IMG/VR virus record: IMGVR_UViG_3300040771_000271
Span: 21,236 to 85,235 of that record
Reading direction: 5' to 3' (one strand)
Length of the DNA: 64,000 nt
Origin: a virus
Positions 19,798 through 28,927 of this stretch are shown here, in pieces. Position numbers and translations under genes: made by a program. The notes beneath the pieces were generated by a model. The model was given only the letters and a program-made list of their open reading frames with translations, ran no database searches and was not told where the DNA came from. The first letter of the stretch is position 1; each line of letters starts with the position of its first letter.

Positions 19798-20410
19798 ATA
19801 CACGAAAGGAGAAAAGAGAGTTTTTAGACATTCAAAAAACAATCCTAAAAATGTCAATCACGTAAAAAGAAAACAACCTGACGCAGAGAACAAAGAAGTT
19901 TACAAAAAAACATTCGTAAATACTGTAGATTTAAGAGCTAATAAAAAATTAATTCAACATTTAGAAAAAACTTTAAATCTAAAAGAAAAAGGATTTACAA
20001 AAAAACAAACCTTTGAAATAATATACCAAACTCTAAAAACAATAGCAGAAAGAACAGTTAGAAATGAAGCAGGAGTTTTTATTAAGAATTTTGGATATTT
20101 CTGCATAGTAAGGTATCCGCAAAGAAGAGTAATGGAAGGGTTTGTACAAGGAAAGAAAAAAAAGTACATGAACTTTCAGACTAAAGGTTTCCCTCACAGT
20201 ATAACATTTATACCTATAAGGAAAGATACAGCACTAAAAGAGTGGGTAATGGAAAGAGCCTTTCATAAATACTACACTACAAGAATAATGTCACAATTAT
20301 TAAGTGAAGGAAAAAGATATAAAATGAATTTCTCACTGTTACATAACCTACACGGAAATAGAACATACACAGTAGACGTAATAAAAAAACAAAACATTGA
20401 CAACACGTAA
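19784..20410 (+). CDS. Basic IHF/HU-like DNA-binding protein
   Basis: Very basic; GVFIKNFGYF resembles the HU/IHF beta-arm entry; position before ring and muzzle genes. Confidence 0.45.
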   Translation: MKVAKYTKGEKRVFRHSKNNPKNVNHVKRKQPDAENKEVYKKTFVNTVDLRANKKLIQHLEKTLNLKEKGFTKKQTFEIIYQTLKTIAERTVRNEAGVFIKNFGYFCIVRYPQRRVMEGFVQGKKKKYMNFQTKGFPHSITFIPIRKDTALKEWVMERAFHKYYTTRIMSQLLSEGKRYKMNFSLLHNLHGNRTYTVDVIKKQNIDNT

Positions 20411-21284
20411 TCAACTTATAGCGGAGGTTTTAACAGATTTAAAACAATATAATGAAAGTGGGTTAATAGATACTATATCTTTAAACTTATGGACTAAGAA
20501 CGCCTTATTAAAGTTTGGAGGGAATATTATGCCAAAGGTTGACAAAGTGGTGGAAGTTAAAAATGGAATGGCTAAATTGCCTGAAAACTTTTATTCATTG
20601 TTTTTAGCGGCAAAATGCATTCCAGATAAAAGTGAAGTGTTATGTGGAGAAGAGGACGAAGACACTTTACAAAATATTTATCAATATAGAGTAAGAATAG
20701 AAGCTAAAAGAGACTGGGATAATTTAGCAGATGATTTTAAAACAGGAGAATTTACAGAAATAACAGAAAAATTATTTTTTCACGATGGAAGAACTCAAGT
20801 AGAATTTAAATACAAAAATCCTCAACTATTAAAGTTAACAAGAGGATTTAAAAAAGAAAGGCTTTGCGGAAACAACTTGAATTTGCAAAAAAACTTAACA
20901 AATTCTTGCCCCTATGAAATAAACATACTAGGAGAATATATACAAACTAATTTTAATAAGGGTTTTATTTACATTCAATACCAAGGCTTACCAACTGAAG
21001 AAGGCACAGATGACTTGATAATTCCAGAAGTAATGGGTAACTATGTTTATGAATATGTAGTGGCAGAGCTAAAGAAAAAAATATATGAAAACTTATGGAC
21101 TAATGGAGATGATCCAGATGTTCAAAATAAGTTAATGTATTGGAAACAAGAATCTGCAGATAAATTTTCAAATGCTATGACCGCCGCCAAATTTGAAGGT
21201 ATGGGAGGAAAATGGTGGAAAGAATTAGCAGCAAATCACAAAAGAAGAAACAGCATATATCAGCAATTTGCTTACGGTAAATAA
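20397..21284 (+). CDS. Tail tubular / ring protein (TTG start)
   Basis: 295 aa; IQTNFNKGFIYIQYQGLP motif; immediately upstream of muzzle gene. Confidence 0.65.
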   Translation: MTTRNQLIAEVLTDLKQYNESGLIDTISLNLWTKNALLKFGGNIMPKVDKVVEVKNGMAKLPENFYSLFLAAKCIPDKSEVLCGEEDEDTLQNIYQYRVRIEAKRDWDNLADDFKTGEFTEITEKLFFHDGRTQVEFKYKNPQLLKLTRGFKKERLCGNNLNLQKNLTNSCPYEINILGEYIQTNFNKGFIYIQYQGLPTEEGTDDLIIPEVMGNYVYEYVVAELKKKIYENLWTNGDDPDVQNKLMYWKQESADKFSNAMTAAKFEGMGGKWWKELAANHKRRNSIYQQFAYGK

Positions 21285-24200
21285 TGGAAAAACCAATAAA
21301 AAGTTTAAATATTCCTAAAAAAGGAATGTCTAGAAAAAACCCTTTAGAATTAGAAAATACAGAATACTCCTTTGCAATGAATGCCAACTTGGAAAATTCA
21401 TCAGAGGATTTTTTCAGTTTATCTAATGAGCAGAGTAATTTACTAGCAACTAGATTTAAATTAGGCTTTAAATTTATAGGGGGTAAAGTAGATATTGATT
21501 CAAGTACAACTTTTGTATTTTTAACAAATCCTATTACAGGAGAAGGAGAGTTTGGAAAACTTGAAGGATTTGAGAATAACATACAAATAGCTCAACCTCT
21601 TGAAAATACAGTACAACAACCATTACAAACTTACACCACGTTACTTAATGACGCTTGCAACAATGGATTTAATTTTAATATTAATTTCCCAATAAAAAAG
21701 TGCGCAATAAAAAATGAAAAAGGAGTAAAAATAATATATTTTACAGATAATAGAAATGAACCACGTTACATTGAAATAAACAAACTATCTCAATACATAA
21801 ATAGTCAAACTATAAGTTGTGGAGAACCTGTAGAAGAAGTTAAATGCTTCAATGCAGACAAGATGAGGATCTTTAAAAAGCACGCTATACCTGACTTAAC
21901 GCCAACATCAATAGATCAAGGAGGGAGTCTAACAGAAGGAAATTATCAATTCCTAATAGCTTATTCAGATGAAGCAGGAAATGAGTTATCTCAATATTAC
22001 TCACTAACTCAACAAGTATCAATATTTGATGAGAACAATACAGTTCAGGAAGCTTCAAGTGAAGTATCTGAAAGAACAAACTTTGCTATAAAATTAAAAG
22101 TAGAAGGTTTGGACAAACAATACACTCACTATAAGATTGCAGTTATACAGAATACAAATAACGCTCAAACTTATTTTATAGAGGGTTTACATACTATTGA
22201 CGACAACAGTGTAGTTTATACAACTCAACAAAATAAAAAGGCAACCACTCTAGTTGAACTTTTAAAAGTAAACACAGAAGTAAAAAAAGCCGAAGCATTG
22301 GCAGTGTCTAATAATGCTTTATTTTTATATGGACTAGAATCAGAAAAGGAGTGGAATTTACAACCTGTAGTAAACTTTATAGGACAATTTGCTAAATGGC
22401 AAACTTCTATAGCTTCTGAAAATTTCTACGAAAGTGGAGTAAACAACGGCAAAAAAGGATATAACAGAGATGAAGTATATCCTCTAGCAATACAGTTCCA
22501 AACAAATACAGGGTATAAAACACCCGTATATCCTTTAATAGGAAGACAAGCTACAGAAGAAGACTTAACAGAAGTAGCAAGTAATAATAAAGATAGGTTA
22601 TCCATAGAAGCAAACAAAGTAAATTGTACAACTACAGATAGATTAAAAAGATGGCAGTTTTATAATGATGCAAAAGAGACGGGTGTATGTTTAAATGAAA
22701 ATGTTCCTACTACAACTATAATAGAATCAATTGAAAAAACTTCAACTATTGAAAATGTTGTAACTATTCTAGGAGCGACTTTTTCACTTTTTGACACACA
22801 AGAATATGAAAACCTTTCAGAACTTATTGAAGACAGTTTTGAAGAATGTTTTGAATATCCTTTTTGTGAATATCTAGATATTACAGACTATACAAATCAA
22901 AACAGTGTGCCTATATTTGATTCAGAATGTTCTGCACCAATATTATTATCTGAAAAATTATCTTTAAAAACAATTACAGGAGAAAATTCAGAAAAAATAC
23001 CGAGTATATTCCCTTTAGATTATGCTAAAATAATACCTTTAAATTATTGTCAGGTCTCCGCTACAAGTCAAGTTGATGGAGCTCTAGTAAAAGATGAAGA
23101 GTTTAGGGAGTTGTACACTAAAGACATAGCATTTATTAATAAATTTGTATATAAAAGAGAGTCTGTATTCTCAAACACTATATGTAATACTCCAGAAGAT
23201 ATACAAAACATATCTGCAAATACACCTCCCCTATCTAGTCAGTACTTTATGTACTATGGAGCAAACACTTCAAGCGAATTACAGACAACAAAAAATGCAA
23301 CGTCTTTATCATCAGAATTTACAAATAAAATACATAAAGGGGCTTTATGGTACAAGGGAAACTTTGTAACTAAACAAGAATTAATTTTAGAAGTAACAAA
23401 ACAAAAATTACCAGAAACACCAACAGATAGCATTTCTTCAGGAACTTTAGTAAGATTATCCCTTTATAATAACTGTGGAACAGCAGCACCATTATATAGT
23501 CAAATTGTAGATTTATCAGAAGGAGAACAATACAAATTAAGGTTATCGGCAGGAAGCTTATTTATAAAAGTAGGTGATAATGCAGAAACTAATTTAGGAG
23601 TATATAATAGTACAACTTTTATAGTAGCTATTGATTGTCCTATAAGACAAGTCACAGGGCAAGATGATGTAACTAGATTTATAGTAGCTCCAACTAAAGG
23701 TTGTTTTTCTGTAGTGACTAGAGATATAACTTACAGCAGAGTTGATGTTACGTACACATCAATAGTTTTAAACAAAAGACAAACTTATACTTCAGAATGT
23801 AGTTTTGAATTACCACAAGTTCAAAATTGTATATCTTTACCTTATAAGAAAGGAACTTTTGCTTACGTAGAAAGTTTAGAGACCTATCCAGACAATATAG
23901 AATTGTATAATTCTAAAGTATTAAATATACAACCTCAAGATTTTTCAGATTTAAATGAGAGGTTAGAATTTGAAGATTACTTTACCAATGGAACTATTTC
24001 AGGTAATTATAATTTAGTAGATAGTACAGATTTTAGATGTGAGCCTATAAGACATTTTAAGTTTCCAGATAATAAGGTAGCACCTTTTATGTGGGATAAC
24101 CCACTTTCTAGTTTTTCAGCAAGTACTATATTTCCTTTAGGTATAACTATTGATGAGAAAGTTATTAACACTTTTTTAAAAATTGCGGTAAAAAATAAAT

Positions 24201-26968
24201 TAATAACTCAAGAACAAAAAGATAGTGTAGTTAGTTATGAAATATTTAGAGGAGATAGAACAGCTAATAAAAGTATAGAAGCCTCAGGGTATCTATTTGA
24301 TATGAGAAAGTATCAAGAAGATAACAAAGATATATTATACTCTAACTATCCTTATAATGATTTAGGTGCAGATAAGTTAAACTTAAATGATAATAATTCT
24401 TTAATATCACACAATAGTCAAAGTAACTATAACTTCACATTTCACTCACCAGAAACAGATTTTAAGAAATTAACAGTACCTTCTGAATTAAAAGTGGAAG
24501 GATATATTTTTGGAAAATCCAGTGGTAATTTTGTGGACGTACACGATCATCCTAAATGGGTAATATTAGGCAGAAAGGCAAAATCAACAGCAACAACTTT
24601 AGCAATAATAGAAGCTGCTTCTGAATTAGCTATACGTATAGCAGAATCTGGAGAAAATTTTAGAGTTACTTTTGGACTTTCTAACAGTGTTAATGTTGGA
24701 GGTATAATATTAGCTACAATAGCAGCCACAACTACAGCCTTAAGATCAGTTTCTCAAATAGGTAGATACAGATATGAGTGGCTAAAAACGTTTAAAGATT
24801 TAGGAAGCCCTAAAAACTTTGCTTATAAGTACTCTTCTAAAGGACACTATAACTACATTAAAACACTGCAAGAAGAAGGAGATGTTTTAAGAAGTATAAA
24901 TATTGGTAAAAATTTAAAATCAGGTAATTACACCACAGTTAATGAAACAGATGGAGAAAAGTTAGAAATAAATAATTTAGACAGAGAACACAGCACATTT
25001 ATATCTTTAGGAAAAGATTTCCCCTTAACTTGGGAAGAAGAGTACAGAGGATATGATAACGGAAACTTAAATAGAAATCTTTCTAGCTTGACTTACGGCA
25101 GTGAATCTAATTCAGAAATTGAAGGTAGGAGTAATGACATAATCAAAAATATTGCTTCACCTTACGTAAAATTAAAAAATTATAATCCTGCACAATATGG
25201 GAGTATAAATAGCATTTCTTGGATTAATACAGGATACAGAGGAGATTTAAAAAATCCTTCTAGTAACTGTATAAGTATTCTTGGAGGAGATACTTTTATA
25301 ACAAGGTATCACTTAAAAAGAAAAATGCCGTTATTTGTAACTGACGCTATGGGAATAGCTTCCCTAACACCATTCGACTACAGAAAATATACAAACATAG
25401 GAAGAAAAGCAAGATTTTTTGGTGATTATGAAATAACAGGAGATTTTAGCAGAGGTAATATTATATTTCCAGATTTTGACAGTAGTTATAATTTTGATAG
25501 TTTAGCAGGTAATAGAGATATGTATGTAAAACCACCAAGTAAGTTTTATTTATATTACTACGGAATACCTGGAATGCTTACAGAAACAGAAATTAATACT
25601 AACTATAGAGCCGCAAGGAAAGAGCCTGAAAATGATTTCTACCCTAACATAGGGGATCATGTAGATTGGACTCAAGAGAATAATGTATCAATAAAAAAAC
25701 CAAATACATTTTTTTACAACGAACAATATAAAAAACAGGCAGTACAACTATTTTATAAAACAACTCCAAATAATTATACAACTTTTGAAGCAGAAAGACA
25801 GTCAAAAAGTCCTAATGGGGTAAGATATAGTTTGCAAGACAATTCAGAAACAGGTCAAGCTGATCCGTGGCTAGTTTTTAGAGCAAATGATTTCTACGAG
25901 TTTCCTACACCGTATGGTAAATTAAAGGAGTTAAAAGGGATAGAAAACGAAGTAATACTAGGTAGGTTTGAAAATACTGTAGCATATTTTAATTCAACCG
26001 ATATAGCAGTACAAGGAGTTTTTCAAAATGACAATGTTTTTGGAAATACTGGTATTTTCACTAGAAATAAGCCTAGAACCTATTTTCAAACAGAATTAGG
26101 ATTTGGAGGGACTCAAAGTTCAGAAAGTGTATCTTCAGAGTATGGGCATTTCCATGTGGATGCAAAAAGAGGGCAAGTTATGCAAACAGTTGGTGGTAAA
26201 ACTCCAGTTGAAATATCAGGTTATGAAAGTAATCTAAGAAATTGGTTTAAGGAGCACTTACCATTTAAGATAGGAATAAAGGGAGTAGACACAGATAATG
26301 CTTGTAATGGTATAGGTATCACTATGGGATGGGACAGTAGGTTTAATAGAATGTTCTTAACTAAGAAAGACTACCTACCATTAAATGATTGTATAGAATA
26401 CTCTAAAGAAGAGGGATTTTTATTTAATCAATCTAAGTGTGGAATTATTCCAGCAGTAATAGAGTGCCCTTCAGATTACATATATAACTCACAAACACAA
26501 ATGTGTGAAAAAGTAGTTGTTAGTGGTAGCTTATGTCCTAGTGGTTACATATATGATGAACAAAATCAAACATGTACCTTATTAACAACTACATTAGCTG
26601 ATTGCTCAGTAAATCTTAATTTTATAACAGGTTTATCAGAAGGCTCTTCTCTAGTTACCACTAGCTTTTTAGATAAAACTACTCAAGAAATAAAGTGTAT
26701 AATGCAAAATTCAGAAGCGAAAGCTATTACTAATACATCATTTGAAATAAATTCATTACCTTTACAAGTAGGGCAACAATTATATTTTGGATTAAGTCCA
26801 ATAACTTTAACAGGAATTGTATATACTTCAGATATAAATGGAATTCAAAATACAACTGTGATAGGTGGTGGAGGAGGAATATCATTGCCTAGTACTTCTG
26901 TAGCTGTAACGTTAAATTTAGGAGTAGTTCAATCAATAACTTTATTTAGTAATTTATCACCCTGTTAA
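21284..26968 (+). CDS. Tail stabilisation / muzzle protein, N-terminal part
   Basis: 1894 aa; YSFAMNA, IIYFTDNRNEPRYIEI, GGDTFI and GWDSRFNRMFLTKKDY motifs of crAss-like stabilisation proteins. Confidence 0.75.
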   Translation: MEKPIKSLNIPKKGMSRKNPLELENTEYSFAMNANLENSSEDFFSLSNEQSNLLATRFKLGFKFIGGKVDIDSSTTFVFLTNPITGEGEFGKLEGFENNIQIAQPLENTVQQPLQTYTTLLNDACNNGFNFNINFPIKKCAIKNEKGVKIIYFTDNRNEPRYIEINKLSQYINSQTISCGEPVEEVKCFNADKMRIFKKHAIPDLTPTSIDQGGSLTEGNYQFLIAYSDEAGNELSQYYSLTQQVSIFDENNTVQEASSEVSERTNFAIKLKVEGLDKQYTHYKIAVIQNTNNAQTYFIEGLHTIDDNSVVYTTQQNKKATTLVELLKVNTEVKKAEALAVSNNALFLYGLESEKEWNLQPVVNFIGQFAKWQTSIASENFYESGVNNGKKGYNRDEVYPLAIQFQTNTGYKTPVYPLIGRQATEEDLTEVASNNKDRLSIEANKVNCTTTDRLKRWQFYNDAKETGVCLNENVPTTTIIESIEKTSTIENVVTILGATFSLFDTQEYENLSELIEDSFEECFEYPFCEYLDITDYTNQNSVPIFDSECSAPILLSEKLSLKTITGENSEKIPSIFPLDYAKIIPLNYCQVSATSQVDGALVKDEEFRELYTKDIAFINKFVYKRESVFSNTICNTPEDIQNISANTPPLSSQYFMYYGANTSSELQTTKNATSLSSEFTNKIHKGALWYKGNFVTKQELILEVTKQKLPETPTDSISSGTLVRLSLYNNCGTAAPLYSQIVDLSEGEQYKLRLSAGSLFIKVGDNAETNLGVYNSTTFIVAIDCPIRQVTGQDDVTRFIVAPTKGCFSVVTRDITYSRVDVTYTSIVLNKRQTYTSECSFELPQVQNCISLPYKKGTFAYVESLETYPDNIELYNSKVLNIQPQDFSDLNERLEFEDYFTNGTISGNYNLVDSTDFRCEPIRHFKFPDNKVAPFMWDNPLSSFSASTIFPLGITIDEKVINTFLKIAVKNKLITQEQKDSVVSYEIFRGDRTANKSIEASGYLFDMRKYQEDNKDILYSNYPYNDLGADKLNLNDNNSLISHNSQSNYNFTFHSPETDFKKLTVPSELKVEGYIFGKSSGNFVDVHDHPKWVILGRKAKSTATTLAIIEAASELAIRIAESGENFRVTFGLSNSVNVGGIILATIAATTTALRSVSQIGRYRYEWLKTFKDLGSPKNFAYKYSSKGHYNYIKTLQEEGDVLRSINIGKNLKSGNYTTVNETDGEKLEINNLDREHSTFISLGKDFPLTWEEEYRGYDNGNLNRNLSSLTYGSESNSEIEGRSNDIIKNIASPYVKLKNYNPAQYGSINSISWINTGYRGDLKNPSSNCISILGGDTFITRYHLKRKMPLFVTDAMGIASLTPFDYRKYTNIGRKARFFGDYEITGDFSRGNIIFPDFDSSYNFDSLAGNRDMYVKPPSKFYLYYYGIPGMLTETEINTNYRAARKEPENDFYPNIGDHVDWTQENNVSIKKPNTFFYNEQYKKQAVQLFYKTTPNNYTTFEAERQSKSPNGVRYSLQDNSETGQADPWLVFRANDFYEFPTPYGKLKELKGIENEVILGRFENTVAYFNSTDIAVQGVFQNDNVFGNTGIFTRNKPRTYFQTELGFGGTQSSESVSSEYGHFHVDAKRGQVMQTVGGKTPVEISGYESNLRNWFKEHLPFKIGIKGVDTDNACNGIGITMGWDSRFNRMFLTKKDYLPLNDCIEYSKEEGFLFNQSKCGIIPAVIECPSDYIYNSQTQMCEKVVVSGSLCPSGYIYDEQNQTCTLLTTTLADCSVNLNFITGLSEGSSLVTTSFLDKTTQEIKCIMQNSEAKAITNTSFEINSLPLQVGQQLYFGLSPITLTGIVYTSDINGIQNTTVIGGGGGISLPSTSVAVTLNLGVVQSITLFSNLSPC

Positions 26969-26977
26969 AAAGTAACT

Positions 26978-27913
26978 ATGGCTTGTAACTGCCCCAATAT
27001 AAATTGTACTCAAGAAACTATAAATAGTATAGTATACTGTAATTGCACAACTACTATACAAAATATATCTTGTCCAGAAGGTTGTGACACAGTGATACTA
27101 CCTAACGGAAACGCTGTATGTGAATGCATAGAAAGTGTTGAACCTACAGTAACTGAAATAAAAATACCAATAGAACTTACAAATCCTATATATTTTAAGG
27201 ATGTAAGTTTTACAGTAGCTTATAGTCCTGTATTAGAAAAGTGGATAAGTTATTATAGCTTTGCTCCAAACTATTATCTAAATCATCAAAACTATTTCCA
27301 AACAGGAATAAACAATTCAAACACTTCTTTTGAAAAAGGGTTGTGGAGTCACTTACTAACAAATCAATCTTATCAAGTTTTCTATGGTAAAAAGTATCCT
27401 TTCATAATAGATTACACAACAAAAACAGCATTAACTTCAAAAGTTGTAAACTCTATAAACTTTAATCTAAATACTAGAAGATACCACGATGAACATGATT
27501 GGGCAGAAATAGAAAATAAACCTATGTCAGCTATAACAATATATAATAATTTAGCTAACAGTGGTGAGTTAAGACTTGTAAATAATACAGGACAAACAAG
27601 TCTTATAAACAAGTATCCCAAAACCGCAATAAATGGTAAAAGTCAAGAAATATTAACAACTCATAAAGAAGAGCAATGGTTTGTAAATTACTTTTATAAT
27701 AGAGTTGTAGACAATAATCAAAACAAGCCATTGTGGCTATGGGATGAAAATCAAATAAATAAAACTATAAATACAAATGTAGTAAAGTTTAAAGGAAAAT
27801 CGGTACTTGAGAACATAAAAGGTATGTTTGCAAATGTAAGATTAACTCAAGATGTAGAAACACAATTCCAATACGTTTACAGGTTTGGAGTAGCTAATGA
27901 AAAACCAGAATAA
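26978..27913 (+). CDS. Muzzle protein C-terminal part as a separate in-frame ORF
   Basis: Cys-rich N-terminus then SFTVAYSP..KWISYYSFAPNYY; same frame as the upstream ORF, separated by one TAA plus 3 codons. Confidence 0.65.
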   Translation: MACNCPNINCTQETINSIVYCNCTTTIQNISCPEGCDTVILPNGNAVCECIESVEPTVTEIKIPIELTNPIYFKDVSFTVAYSPVLEKWISYYSFAPNYYLNHQNYFQTGINNSNTSFEKGLWSHLLTNQSYQVFYGKKYPFIIDYTTKTALTSKVVNSINFNLNTRRYHDEHDWAEIENKPMSAITIYNNLANSGELRLVNNTGQTSLINKYPKTAINGKSQEILTTHKEEQWFVNYFYNRVVDNNQNKPLWLWDENQINKTINTNVVKFKGKSVLENIKGMFANVRLTQDVETQFQYVYRFGVANEKPE

Positions 27914-28095
27914 TGAGGTACAAAGAATATAAAGAGGGAGGAAAAACTTCAGGAGATAAAAAAGTATATGCTTACAACTATTATCTTAAAAAAGGAGTGC
28001 CTGCAATACAAGCTGCAGGTATTGTTGGGAACTTAGCTGCGGAATCAGCCTTTGACACAACAGTTGTAGGTAAGGCTGATAGCAAGCAAATATAA
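27913..28095 (+). pseudogene. Truncated phage-tail-lysozyme gene fragment
   Basis: YLKKGVPAIQAAGIVGNLAAESAF matches the N-terminal half of the phage tail lysozyme domain; stops 1 nt before the endonuclease ATG. Confidence 0.7.
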
Positions 28096-28096
28096 A

Positions 28097-28927
28097 ATGG
28101 TAGTAGTTTATAGACATATTAGATTAGATACTAATGAAGTTTTTTACATTGGTATAGGAGCAAAGGAAATAAGAGCTTATGCAACAAAAGATAGGAGTAA
28201 TTGGTGGAATAATATAATATCAAAAACTCTTTATGAAGTTGAAATAATTTTTGAACATGAAGACTATGAATTTATCAAAGAAAAGGAGAAAGAGTTTATA
28301 AAATTATATGGTAGAAGAGATTTAGGATTAGGCACTTTAGTAAATATGACAAATGGTGGAGAAGGAACAATAGGTGTAGAGATAACTGAAGATCAAAGAG
28401 CAGTTAGGAGAGATCAAATGATGGGTTGTAAAAATCCTTTTTATGGTAAAAAACATACTGAAGAGACCAAAAAGAAAATAAGTGATGTAAATTCTAATGT
28501 AATAGTTTCACAAGAAACAAGAAGTAAATTGAGTAAAGCTTTAAAAGGACGAGAAGTTACATTAGAAGAGATGGAAAAGCGATACTCTAAAAATAATCAT
28601 ATTACTAGAGGTTGTTATCATATTATTACAGGGCAGTATTTTAAAAGTTTAGCGGAAGGATGTAGATATTTTAAAATAGGATACAGAGTTGAAAAAAATA
28701 GAGTATTGCAAAAAGGTAGATATAGGTCTTTTGATTACGCTGAAAAAGATATTCGTAGTTCAGAGTTTACTTGCTTTGATGAAATTACCAATAGGAAGTT
28801 TAAGTCTTTAGCCGAAGCATGTAGAGAGTTAGGCTTAAACTATAATCAAACCCGAAAAAAATATAAAAGTGGTTTAATAAGAATTAAAAGTATATCTGAA
28901 ATAAAACAAAATAAAAATGAGGTTTAA
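28097..28927 (+). mobile_element. Free-standing GIY-YIG homing endonuclease with NUMOD3 motif
   Basis: VYRH..FYIG, LVNMTNGGEG, NPFYGKKHTEETKKKIS, C-terminal FKSLAEA repeats. Confidence 0.85.

Noticed and set aside
27913-28927. Group I intron carrying the GIY-YIG ORF
   Set aside because: No second half of the lysozyme domain follows, there is no non-coding space for a ribozyme core, and the downstream gene has its own duplicated start.
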